Below, one piece after another: positions 54,935 through 64,000 of a stretch of 64,000 nt of DNA. Source of the DNA: Pedosphaera sp. (GTDB taxonomy: Bacteria; Verrucomicrobiota; Verrucomicrobiia; Limisphaerales; SIBH01). Position numbers and translations under genes: made by a program. The DNA is taken from the NCBI GenBank assembly GCA_031414955.1, contig JANOQV010000067.1, positions 1 to 64,000 on the forward strand, written 5' to 3'. Numbering within the stretch: the stretch's first letter is position 1; each line of letters starts with the position of its first letter. Under the pieces are notes generated by a model that did not search any database, was not told the origin of the DNA, and saw only the letters and a list, made by a program, of their open reading frames with translations.

Positions 54935-55687
54935 ATGCGCGTCTGGCGAACACTGGTGCGGCGCGAACTGGGCGGCTATTTCGTCTCTTGGACGGGCTAT
55001 GTGGTCATCTCGGTGGTGGTCTTTCTGCTCGGACTCTGCTTCGTGAACCTGCTCCAGGCGCTCAACGCCGAAAAGACCGAGCAGCCGCTGATGGAGCTGT
55101 TCTACAGCACCTACTATTTCTGGCTGATCCTGATTCTGACCTCGCCGGTCATCACCATGCGCTCGTTTGCCCTGGAGAAATCCACCGGCACGTTCGAGAC
55201 ACTGATGACGACGCCGGTGAGCGACCTGCAGGTGGTGCTGGCCAAGTTCGCCGGGGCGATGATTTTCTATCTGCTGATGTGGAGCCCGCTGGCCGCGTGC
55301 CTCTTCATTGTGCGGCACTTTAGCAATGATCCCACGGTGGTGCAGGCGGGCACAGTGGCCAGCACGGCACTGGGCATCACGCTGCTGGGCGGACTCTACA
55401 TGTCGGTGGGCTGCTTCGCCTCCTCGCTCACGCGCAATCAGATCGTCGCGGCCATGTTCAGCTTTGCCCTGGGCATTTCACTCTTCATGACCAGTTTTCT
55501 CTCGTCGGCCATGTCTGGCCGGACGGGCTGGGTGCAAAAAATTCTCGTCCACCTTTCGCTGGTCGAGCACATGCGCGACTTCGCCCACGGGGTGGTGGAT
55601 GTGCGCCCCTTGGTCTTTTACCTGTCGCTCACCGCGCTGTTTCTCTTCCTCACGCTCAAGGCGGTGGAAAGCCGGAGGTGGAAATGA
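54935..55687 (+). CDS. ABC-2 permease (GldF-like)
   Basis: TMRSFALEKSTGTFETLMTTPV, SSLTRNQIVA; six TMs. Confidence 0.88.
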   Translation: MRVWRTLVRRELGGYFVSWTGYVVISVVVFLLGLCFVNLLQALNAEKTEQPLMELFYSTYYFWLILILTSPVITMRSFALEKSTGTFETLMTTPVSDLQVVLAKFAGAMIFYLLMWSPLAACLFIVRHFSNDPTVVQAGTVASTALGITLLGGLYMSVGCFASSLTRNQIVAAMFSFALGISLFMTSFLSSAMSGRTGWVQKILVHLSLVEHMRDFAHGVVDVRPLVFYLSLTALFLFLTLKAVESRRWK

Positions 55688-57177
55688 TCGGCGACGAGCA
55701 GCGCGACGCCCCGAGTTTCTCGCTCGCCCGGCGCTGGGCGGCGGTGCTGAACCTCGTCCTCACCGCCGCTGCGGTGGCGGCACTGGTGGGCATGTTCAAC
55801 TACCTCGTCATTCGCCATCACACCCGCTTCCACTGGAACCGAGAGACGGGCGGCGAGTTGTCCAAGCGCACCCGCACCGTGCTCGCGGCGCTGACCAACC
55901 AGATCAAGGTCATCGTCTATTTCGACTCGGAAGACGGGCTGTTCCCGCGCGTGAAGTCCCTGCTCAAGGAATACGAGTTCGTCAACCCACGGGTGCAGTT
56001 GCAATTCGTCGATTACCTGCGCGATGCCGGCGCGGCCAGCCTGGTCAAGTCCCAGTTCGGCCTCAACTCGGCCAGTGACAAGAACGTGATCATCTTCTGG
56101 TGCAACGGCCGCAAGCAGATCGTGAACGCGGGCGCCCTCTCGGACTATGACTACTCGAAGCTGGTCAGCGGCGAGAGCAAGGAGGTCGAGCGCACGCACT
56201 TCAAGGGCGAACTGCTCTTCACCTCGGCCCTCTACGCGGTGGCGAGCGAGCGTTCGCCGGTGGCGTATTTCCTCATTGGCAATGGGGAGCATCCGCCGGG
56301 CGGCGCCGACCATCCGGACAGTTACGGAAAATTCGCCGAGCGTCTGCACGAGGAAAACAACTTCACCAACCGTCTGCTCACCCTGGGCGGGACCAACGAG
56401 GTGCCGGCCGATTGCAACCTGCTGGTCATTTCCGGCCCTACCCAGCCCATCCAGGCGGGCGATTTGGAGAAAATCCAGCGCTACCTCGAACGCGGCGGAC
56501 GCGCGCTCATCGCCTTCAGCAGCGCCACCGTGACCCCGGTGATCCGGCGCACGGGACTGGAACGCTTGCTCGCCCGTTGGGGCGTGGATGTGGGGGAGAA
56601 CGTCATCATCGACCGGGACAATTCCGCCAGCACCTCGGGTCTGGACGTGATGCCGGTCGATCTGGGCGCGCATCCCATCGTCAGTCCGCTGCGCAATTCG
56701 CAGGTGCTGCTCTATCTGCCGCGCTCGATCCAGATGCTGCGTCCCGCCGCGCGCGGTGAGGAAATCAAGGTGGAGGAGCTGTTGCTGACCGGCCCGAAAA
56801 GTCTGGTTTTCACCGATCTGCGCAAAAGCGAATTCGACCCGGCTCAGACGGGTCCGAAGTCGCTCATGGTGGCGGTGGAGAAAAGCGTGCCCGGCCTGCA
56901 ACGCGGATCGACCCGGCTGGTGGTGATCGGCGATTCGAGCCTGTGGGGCAACCAGCTCATCGACGTGAAGGCCAACAGCGAACTGGCCACCTCGGCCGCC
57001 AACTGGCTGGTTAACCAGACCGTGTTGCTCGCGGACATTCAGCCCCGGCCGATTCACACGTACAAACTGGCCATGACCCGCGCGCAGATGCGCTCGGTGC
57101 AATGGCTCCTGCTGCTCGGGCTGCCCGGGGGCGTCCTGCTGCTCGGGCTGCTGGTCTGGCTGCGCCGCCGCAATTGA
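55684..57177 (+). CDS. GldG-like ABC auxiliary protein
   Basis: N- and C-terminal TMs, LSKRT, YFLIGNGEH, LVVIGDS. Confidence 0.82.
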   Translation: MIGDEQRDAPSFSLARRWAAVLNLVLTAAAVAALVGMFNYLVIRHHTRFHWNRETGGELSKRTRTVLAALTNQIKVIVYFDSEDGLFPRVKSLLKEYEFVNPRVQLQFVDYLRDAGAASLVKSQFGLNSASDKNVIIFWCNGRKQIVNAGALSDYDYSKLVSGESKEVERTHFKGELLFTSALYAVASERSPVAYFLIGNGEHPPGGADHPDSYGKFAERLHEENNFTNRLLTLGGTNEVPADCNLLVISGPTQPIQAGDLEKIQRYLERGGRALIAFSSATVTPVIRRTGLERLLARWGVDVGENVIIDRDNSASTSGLDVMPVDLGAHPIVSPLRNSQVLLYLPRSIQMLRPAARGEEIKVEELLLTGPKSLVFTDLRKSEFDPAQTGPKSLMVAVEKSVPGLQRGSTRLVVIGDSSLWGNQLIDVKANSELATSAANWLVNQTVLLADIQPRPIHTYKLAMTRAQMRSVQWLLLLGLPGGVLLLGLLVWLRRRN

Positions 57178-57178
57178 A

Positions 57179-58984
57179 ATGAGCTGGAAGCACACATGGA
57201 TTCTGGTCGGACTGGCCGGCGCTCTTTTCGCCTTCATCGTCCTGGTCGAGCGGCGCTTCGACCCGACCGGCACCGTGCCCGAGCCGAAGCCGCTCTTCGC
57301 TTCCTTCAAACCCTCGGCGGCCACGGCCATCCAGATTCGGCGCGGCTCGCAGTATGTGATCAACCTGGAGCGCACCAACGGCGGCTGGGCCTTCACGAAA
57401 AAGTTTCCCTACCCGGCGGCGGCCTTCCCCGTGCAAAGTTTCCTGGAGCAACTGGAGCGCGCCGTTCCGGCCACGCGCATTTCGGCCCGCGAGATTCTGG
57501 CCCACAAACAATCCTCCGCTGACTACGGCCTCGACACCCCGGCCATTGTCGTCTCGCTCGATCAAGGCCGGGAGCGGCGCGAGCTGCGCATCGGCGCCCG
57601 CACCTCGGCGGGCGATCAGCTTTACGTCCAGGTGGGCAGCGACCCGACGGTGTGCGTGGTGGGCGTGGACTTGCTCGACAAATTGCCGCGTACCCAGAAC
57701 GACTGGCGCGACAGCGCCCTTTTCCATCTGGGCGGGGCCGGCGTGGAGCGCTGTGAGATCGCGCACCGTGGCGCGGGTTTCCGGCTCCAGCTCAATCCGA
57801 CCAACCAGCAATGGCGGCTCATCCATCCGCCGCATCGCGCCGACCAGGATGCCGTGGCCCTGCTGCTCAAACAGCTCCAGGACGCGCGGGCCGTGGAGTT
57901 CGTGACCGACACGGACACGGAGGCGGAGGCGTTTGGTTTCGCGACGCCGGATTTTGAAGTGACGCTGGGCACGGCCACTCTCTCGCAAAAGGTGCAGTTC
58001 GGTCGCGCGGCCACGAACGATCCCGCGCGCGTCTATGCGCGGATTATGGCCCAGACCAACATCGTGCTTGTGCCCAAGGCGCTGGTCGATCTGCTGGCCA
58101 CGCCCTATTCGGAATTGCGCGAGCGGCAACTGGCTCCCTTCGTGCCTGAGCTGATCGATTCCATCGAAGTGCGCGGCGACGAGACGTTCACCGTGCGGCG
58201 TGCGGCCAATGGCGGATGGATGGTCGATGAAGTTCCGGTGGATGCCTTGTTCGTGGAACAGCGGCTGTTTGAATTGAGCCGGCTGCGGGCTGCGGAATTT
58301 GTGAAAGACGTGGTCACGGATTTCGCCCCCTTCGGTCTGGAACCTTCCTTGCGGCAATACAGCCTGCGCACGGTGGTGACCAATGCCAGCGGCCCGACCA
58401 ACGTGCTGGTGGCCCGGTTTGAATTCGGAGGCATGACTCCGGGCGGCCTGGTCTATGCCCGGCGCTCGGATGAGAACTCTGTTTACTCGATCCCGCTGCT
58501 GGAATTCTCCCGCATGCCCGGCGCGGCCTGGCAGTTGCGCACCCATCGGGTCTGGAATTTCACCACCAACCAGCTCGCGAAAGTGTCGGTGCAGGAGGGT
58601 GCCGCCGGGCGCGAGGCGCTGCGCCAGCCCAATGGGGAATGGGTGCCGGTGAAAGGCTGGACGGAGAACCTCAATCCTTTCGCGCTGGAGGAAATCGCGC
58701 TCGGCCTCAGCCAGCTTCACGCCGTGGCCTGGGTGGCGCGCGGCGCGGGCGTGCGCGAAAAGTTTGGTTTCGCCGCCGACGCCACCAAACTCTCCGTCGA
58801 GTTGCGCGGCGACAAGCCGCAGGTCCTGACCATTGAATTCGGCGGCAGCACGCCGATGCAGATTCCCTACGGGCTGGTCGAGTTGAACGGCCAGCCGACG
58901 CTGTTTGAATTCCCCTGGCCGCTCTACGGGGATTTGCTGCGCTACTTCCACCTCACCACGCCGCCGCGCCGGGCTGCCAAGTGA
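57179..58984 (+). CDS. DUF4340-domain protein
   Basis: N-terminal TM and repeated YGLDTP / FGFATP / FGLEP units; usual position after gldG-like gene. Confidence 0.8.
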   Translation: MSWKHTWILVGLAGALFAFIVLVERRFDPTGTVPEPKPLFASFKPSAATAIQIRRGSQYVINLERTNGGWAFTKKFPYPAAAFPVQSFLEQLERAVPATRISAREILAHKQSSADYGLDTPAIVVSLDQGRERRELRIGARTSAGDQLYVQVGSDPTVCVVGVDLLDKLPRTQNDWRDSALFHLGGAGVERCEIAHRGAGFRLQLNPTNQQWRLIHPPHRADQDAVALLLKQLQDARAVEFVTDTDTEAEAFGFATPDFEVTLGTATLSQKVQFGRAATNDPARVYARIMAQTNIVLVPKALVDLLATPYSELRERQLAPFVPELIDSIEVRGDETFTVRRAANGGWMVDEVPVDALFVEQRLFELSRLRAAEFVKDVVTDFAPFGLEPSLRQYSLRTVVTNASGPTNVLVARFEFGGMTPGGLVYARRSDENSVYSIPLLEFSRMPGAAWQLRTHRVWNFTTNQLAKVSVQEGAAGREALRQPNGEWVPVKGWTENLNPFALEEIALGLSQLHAVAWVARGAGVREKFGFAADATKLSVELRGDKPQVLTIEFGGSTPMQIPYGLVELNGQPTLFEFPWPLYGDLLRYFHLTTPPRRAAK

Positions 58985-58985
58985 T

Positions 58986-61900
58986 ATGGGCCGCCGGTGG
59001 CAAAGCCGCGGCTGGCGCATCGCCCGACGAACCTTCCGGTGGTGCCGCATCACCGTCTGGCTGCTCCTTCTCACCCTGCTGGTCACCGCCATCTGGCTGC
59101 ATTACTACGGCCTGCCGGGCTTCATGAAGGATCAACTCGTGGTCGCGTTGCGCGAGCGAGGTCTGGAACTGCAATTCACCCGCATGAGGCTGGCCTGGGA
59201 TCGGGGCGTGGTCGCGGATAACATCCAGTTCGGACGCAGCGGCCAGCCCCGCGGCCCGCGCGCCTCGGCCAAGGAGGCGGAGGTCCATCTGAACTTCCAG
59301 GATTTGATCCGCCTGCGCCTCGACATCAAGGGCGTGGCCCTGCGCGGCGGGCACGTCACCCTCCCCATCTGGGGCACGAACGATCAGCCCCGCGATTTGG
59401 TCATCGAGAAGTTGAACGGTGAGTTGCGTTTCCTGCCGGACGATGCCTGGAACCTCACCGGGTTGAGCGCGGAATCCTTCGGAGTGGAACTTCTCCTGGG
59501 CGGCACAATCACCCACGCCTCGGAGATCCGGCATTGGAAATTCGGCCTCCAAAAACCCGACCCCAGGAGCGCGCAAGCCTTCTGGCACGATTTCATCCGG
59601 CAGTTCGAGGAGACGCAGTTCCAGCCTCCCACCAAGATCGTTGGCAACCTCTCCGGCGATGCGCGCGATTTGAGAACCTTCCGGGCCAGCCTGCGCGTCA
59701 CCTCGCCCGCCATTGATTCGCCGTGGGGGCGGGGCACCAACTTCAATCTCACGGCGCAGATCACGCCGGCCCCCGGCGAACTGATCCATGCCGAAGTCCG
59801 TCTGCAGGCCGAGCACGCCGACACGCGCTGGGGCCAGGCGCAGAGCGTGCAGCTGGAGGCGCAGATCACTCCGTCGCTCACCCAGTGGACGCCGACCAAC
59901 GCGCACCTTGATCTGCAATTGAAGCGCGCTTCCACGCCGTGGGCCGGGGCGGCGTCGCTGTCCATCAAGGCCGACTTTCGGCCCAATCCCTCCGACCCCG
60001 CCTCGGCCCTGGCGGAGTACACGATCCGCGGCCAGCAGATTCAAGGTCAGTGGGCGCGCTTCGCCCAGGCCGAATTGAGCGCGGCGGGCGTGGTCTCGGC
60101 TTCGAACGCCTGGCCTGTTTCGGCGCGGACGAAGTTTCAATTTGCCGGCGGAGAAATCGACGCGGGCCGCGCCTCCGCCGGCACCATCGAGGCGTCGCTC
60201 GTGCTCCCGCCGCTGGCTACGCTCCAGCTCACCAATGCCGCCCTCTCGTGGTGGTCGCGGCTCGATCAGGTGCAGGGCGAGGTTGCGGCGCAGTTGTCGG
60301 ACGTGCATGCGCCGAAGCTCGATCTGAAAAGCCTCCGCCTGAAATCCTCCTGGCATTCGCCGCTGCTGCTCGTGCCGGAACTGAACGCGGAACTTTACGA
60401 TGGCACCCTGCAAGGTTCGGCCCGCCTGGACACGGGGACGCGCCGGCTGTCCGCGCAGATCAAGTCTGACTTCGATCCGCAAAAGGCCGGACCGTTGCTG
60501 GGCACCAATGCGCAACAGTGGCTGACGCAGTTTGGCTGGGCGCAACCGCCGAAGCTTTCAGCCCAACTGCTGGTCACGCTGCCGGTCTGGACCAACCAGG
60601 CGCTTTGGAACGCGACAGATTGGCCGGACGAAGTGCTGCCTACGCTGGCGTTGGAGGGCGGGTTTCAAGTCGGACCGATCAAGGGCCGGGGGGTGGCGCT
60701 GCGCGGCGCGCAATCCGACTTCGCCTACAGCAATCGGATCTGGCGGCTGCCCACGCTCGTGCTCACCACGCCCGAGGGGCAGGCTCGCATTGCGCACGTC
60801 GCCAACCTGGCGACGCGCGACTTCAGCTTCGTCCTCGACAGCCGGATCGATCCCCGGCTCATTCAGCCGCTGCTCGGTCCGCAAGCGCAGCAGGCCATCG
60901 ACGAGTTCACCCTTACTTCACCGCCGGAGATTCACGCCGAGATCGCCGGGCGCTGGTCCGAACTGGAAAACCTCACGGCCCGCGCCACCATTGCCATCAC
61001 CAACGCCGGCTATCGCCAACAGGTGGCGCTGGAAGCCCGCGCCTTGATCACCTTCACCAACCGCGTCTTGAGCATCGTGGATCCGGTGGTGGTCCGCCCG
61101 GAGGGCACGGGCTACGCGGATTCCGTGGTGCTCGATTTCCCGCGCCAGCGGCTTTTCCTCAACCACGCTCACGGCTCGCTCGATGCGCGGGCCGTCGTGA
61201 CCGCCGTCGGCTCGAACGTGGCCCAGCTCATGGAGCCTTATCGCTTCCTCCAGGCGCCACACGGCCGCGTGGACGGCTACGTCAATCTCGAGGACGGTTC
61301 GTTGAGCGACTTGCGCTTTCAGCTCGGTGGCGGCCCGTTCGAGTGGCGCACGTTTCGCTTCCAACAAATCACCGGCGACATTCATTGGGCCGGAACTTCC
61401 CTCACCGTGTCCAACATCCAGGGCACCATGCACGGCGGCACGATGGAAGCCTCGATGAAGCTCGGCTTCACCGCCCGGGATGGAGTGAACTTCGCCTTCG
61501 CCTCCACGGTCACGAACATCAACCTGCGCTCGTTCATCAAGGACGTGGGCAACACCACCAACACGCTGGAAGGGACGATGGGCGGCCGGCTCGTGATCAC
61601 CAAGGCCAACAGCGATGATCCCAAAAGCTGGTTCGGCCACGGCGACACCTCGCTCAAGGACGGATTGATCTGGGAGGTGCCGGTTTTCGGTCTCTTCTCG
61701 CCCGTGCTCAATCTCGTCGTGCCCGGCTCGGGCAACAACCGCGCCAAGGAGGCGGACGCCACCTTCGTCATCACCAACAGTGTGATTCGAACCGACAACC
61801 TGGAAATCCAGGCCTCGGGCATGAGGCTCACCTACGATGGCTGGATTGATTTCGACACCCGGCTCGACGGCCGGATGGAAGCGGCGCTGTTTCGCGACAC

Positions 61901-62126
61901 ACCTGGACTAGGCCCGGTGGTCAGCACGGTTTTCTGGCCCGTGACCAAGCTGCTCGAATACAAAGTCACCGGCACCCTCAACAAACCCAAGTCCGAGCCG
62001 CTCTACGTGCCGAAGATCTTCATGGTGCCCTTCCACCCGTTGCGCAGCCTGCGGGAGTTGATGGAGATCGGCAAAGAGGAGCCGGCCCCGCCCGCTCCGC
62101 CGGTTCCGCCCAAGCCGGCAGAATGA
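58986..62126 (+). CDS. AsmA-like (YhdP/TamB-type) protein
   Basis: N-terminal TM, long amphipathic beta repeats, C-terminal YKVTGTLNKP. Confidence 0.8.
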   Translation: MGRRWQSRGWRIARRTFRWCRITVWLLLLTLLVTAIWLHYYGLPGFMKDQLVVALRERGLELQFTRMRLAWDRGVVADNIQFGRSGQPRGPRASAKEAEVHLNFQDLIRLRLDIKGVALRGGHVTLPIWGTNDQPRDLVIEKLNGELRFLPDDAWNLTGLSAESFGVELLLGGTITHASEIRHWKFGLQKPDPRSAQAFWHDFIRQFEETQFQPPTKIVGNLSGDARDLRTFRASLRVTSPAIDSPWGRGTNFNLTAQITPAPGELIHAEVRLQAEHADTRWGQAQSVQLEAQITPSLTQWTPTNAHLDLQLKRASTPWAGAASLSIKADFRPNPSDPASALAEYTIRGQQIQGQWARFAQAELSAAGVVSASNAWPVSARTKFQFAGGEIDAGRASAGTIEASLVLPPLATLQLTNAALSWWSRLDQVQGEVAAQLSDVHAPKLDLKSLRLKSSWHSPLLLVPELNAELYDGTLQGSARLDTGTRRLSAQIKSDFDPQKAGPLLGTNAQQWLTQFGWAQPPKLSAQLLVTLPVWTNQALWNATDWPDEVLPTLALEGGFQVGPIKGRGVALRGAQSDFAYSNRIWRLPTLVLTTPEGQARIAHVANLATRDFSFVLDSRIDPRLIQPLLGPQAQQAIDEFTLTSPPEIHAEIAGRWSELENLTARATIAITNAGYRQQVALEARALITFTNRVLSIVDPVVVRPEGTGYADSVVLDFPRQRLFLNHAHGSLDARAVVTAVGSNVAQLMEPYRFLQAPHGRVDGYVNLEDGSLSDLRFQLGGGPFEWRTFRFQQITGDIHWAGTSLTVSNIQGTMHGGTMEASMKLGFTARDGVNFAFASTVTNINLRSFIKDVGNTTNTLEGTMGGRLVITKANSDDPKSWFGHGDTSLKDGLIWEVPVFGLFSPVLNLVVPGSGNNRAKEADATFVITNSVIRTDNLEIQASGMRLTYDGWIDFDTRLDGRMEAALFRDTPGLGPVVSTVFWPVTKLLEYKVTGTLNKPKSEPLYVPKIFMVPFHPLRSLRELMEIGKEEPAPPAPPVPPKPAE

Positions 62127-62139
62127 GGCCGCGACTTTT

Positions 62140-64000
62140 TTACGGCAGCCAGACGGCGCGAAAGAATTGCGGCCCGTTCGTCGCTGGAGTGGTCAAGGTG
62201 AAGGTGCCGTTGGTGGGGAAGTGCGGTTCGCTCACCGTCACCCAGTTCGTCAAGCTGGCCGAGCCTTCCACGCGGTAAGCGTAGCCATCCAGCGCCTGGC
62301 AACGCAGCTCGATGCACGGCCCCGCCCGCGTGGCGAGCACCACCGGGTCGGCGCGCACCAGCGCGAGCAGTTGGGACGGCAGCAACTCATAGGCTTCGTC
62401 GTTCAAGCCATGGGACGGCTGGAAATCCGCGAGGTTCAACCACGGCGAGGCGCTGCTCAACTCCGGCACGGCGAGGAAACCGGCGACCTCCGCGAAATAC
62501 TGTCCGGGCTGCGCGGTGCGGTGGCGGCTGATCCCGTCCACCAGCGGGGCGAGTTGCGGCGAGGCGGCGGTGATGGTGTCGATGTCGAATTGCAGTTGGG
62601 TGAAGAGGGTCGGGTTGCTCAAGGAGTTGGAGAGAACGGTCAGCCCGCTGAATGTGGCCGCCCAGACCGCCGCGCTGGTGGTGTTCACCGACGTGAGCGC
62701 GCGCGGATCGTTGGTGTTGAACAGCGAGGCGATCAACGCGACCAGCCGCCAGTCATTCGTCGGGTGCGTGCGTGCCTCGGGGCTGTGCTGGAGCCAGGTG
62801 AACAGCGGGGCGGCGTCCGCTTTCAGATAGAGCGTCTGCCACGGGGTGCCACGATGAACGCGCCCGAGCCAGCCCGGGGCGAGCGGCGTGTTGACGGGGA
62901 AATCCCAGTCGTCGGCACCATAGACATGCGGGTCGCGCACCGAGCGGTCGTGAGCGGAAGGGTCCGTATTTGAACTCAACGGATTTCCACTCCAAGGCGA
63001 GTAACTTGAGTTCAGCCTGCCGAGACTGGAAGGCGCAATGTTCGTCGCCGGTTGGTTCGGTCTCAGATACTGATAGTTTGAAGTCGGCCCGTAGTTGAGG
63101 TCACTCGCACGATGGTGAATCAGCGGATCATTCGCCTGCCAGGTGGTGGCAATCGCGAGCCGGGCCGCCGGGTTGAACGGCGCGACCATGGCCAGTGAGC
63201 TGTTGGTCTGGATCAGGTTCGTGGTCAGTTGGGTAAAACCCCAAAAGACCCGGAACATGTCGATGGCCAGATCCTTGGCTCCTTGGCTCAGGGTTGGAGA
63301 CAACGTGAACGAACGCCATTCCGCCAGCGATGTCGTTATGTTTCCCAGACTAATATCCATCTGCCGACGAATGCCTTCGGTCGGACCGCTGGGACCGAGG
63401 AGGCGGTTTGTGTTCCATACGCCAGCCATCGTCGCCGAGACGCCGCCGATTGCCTGAAAGGGATTCACTCCACCGACGAGGCGCTGGTGCAGGTCCGTGC
63501 TCTGCATCGCGTCCAGGAGAACGAAGTCGATGAGCCGCCCGCCGTCCGTCATGAGAACTTGCAGGCGATTCGACACGGCGAGAATCCAGTAGGGCAGCGG
63601 AAAGCCCGGCATGTTCGTCTCAAAAGCATTCGTGCTCGTGTTGTCGAAAGTGTTGTTCGCGAATCGATAGACCGCGTTGCTCAGGAACCCCTGGTTCGTG
63701 GCCATCGGCACCGCGAAACCGCGCATGATTCCGCCCAGCCAGCCCGCCGCGATGTTCGTCGTGGCGCTGGCCGTCAGCACACGGCCCGTCTGCCAACCGA
63801 GGTCGTTGCTCATCCACAGTGTGGTCAGGTTGGACACCGAGAGCGTCACCGCGCGCGGATACGGGCCGGACACCGTGGAGTCGTGGGAATTCCACGCCTC
63901 CACGCCGAGAAAGTTGGACAGGCCGACCACATACATCTGGTTGGTGGCATTGGGGAAGATTCCGATTCGCGGCGGAGCCGTCCGCGTGATCTGCAATTTG
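62140..64000 (-). CDS. Large exported protein, C-terminal part; probably starts outside the window
   Basis: Frame open to the window edge; LGRVHRGTPWQTLYLK motif; C-terminal YRVEGSASLTNW...QFFRA. Confidence 0.7.
   Translation of the reverse strand, partial: KLQITRTAPPRIGIFPNATNQMYVVGLSNFLGVEAWNSHDSTVSGPYPRAVTLSVSNLTTLWMSNDLGWQTGRVLTASATTNIAAGWLGGIMRGFAVPMATNQGFLSNAVYRFANNTFDNTSTNAFETNMPGFPLPYWILAVSNRLQVLMTDGGRLIDFVLLDAMQSTDLHQRLVGGVNPFQAIGGVSATMAGVWNTNRLLGPSGPTEGIRRQMDISLGNITTSLAEWRSFTLSPTLSQGAKDLAIDMFRVFWGFTQLTTNLIQTNSSLAMVAPFNPAARLAIATTWQANDPLIHHRASDLNYGPTSNYQYLRPNQPATNIAPSSLGRLNSSYSPWSGNPLSSNTDPSAHDRSVRDPHVYGADDWDFPVNTPLAPGWLGRVHRGTPWQTLYLKADAAPLFTWLQHSPEARTHPTNDWRLVALIASLFNTNDPRALTSVNTTSAAVWAATFSGLTVLSNSLSNPTLFTQLQFDIDTITAASPQLAPLVDGISRHRTAQPGQYFAEVAGFLAVPELSSASPWLNLADFQPSHGLNDEAYELLPSQLLALVRADPVVLATRAGPCIELRCQALDGYAYRVEGSASLTNWVTVSEPHFPTNGTFTLTTPATNGPQFFRAVWLP

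Overview
GC-rich chromosomal window, most likely from a Verrucomicrobiota bacterium of the Pedosphaera/Limisphaera type (inferred from gene content and protein style). Core genes: a sugar-phosphate nucleotidyltransferase, futalosine-pathway mqnA/mqnE, thiE, accC/accB, aroQ, holB, rmuC, addB/addA, pyrE, yebC, tyrA and aroA. Accessory content: a BatA/vWA cluster, a TPR-FG-GAP-ASPIC/UnbV lipoprotein, a cusCBA-type metal efflux operon, a Gld-like ABC system with an AsmA-like gene, and three small toxin-antitoxin-like pairs. No tRNA, rRNA, CRISPR array, integrase or transposase was seen. Main signals: (1) heptamer-repeat or REP inserts at operon junctions carry short ORFs that start on the upstream stop codon and end at the downstream start, like translational relays, in a region where many genes look leaderless; (2) an uncharacterised two-gene membrane system with a PmoC-like metal motif and a partner of PmoB-like topology, next to a secreted ATCUN-motif protein; (3) strong Thr-Asn dipeptide enrichment in exported proteins, a possible modification sequon; (4) TA cassettes flanked by duplicated ends of host genes; (5) REP palindromes translated in frame inside cusA and the ASPIC/UnbV gene; (6) an atypical-codon block inside aroA. 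All counts are by hand and no database search was run.
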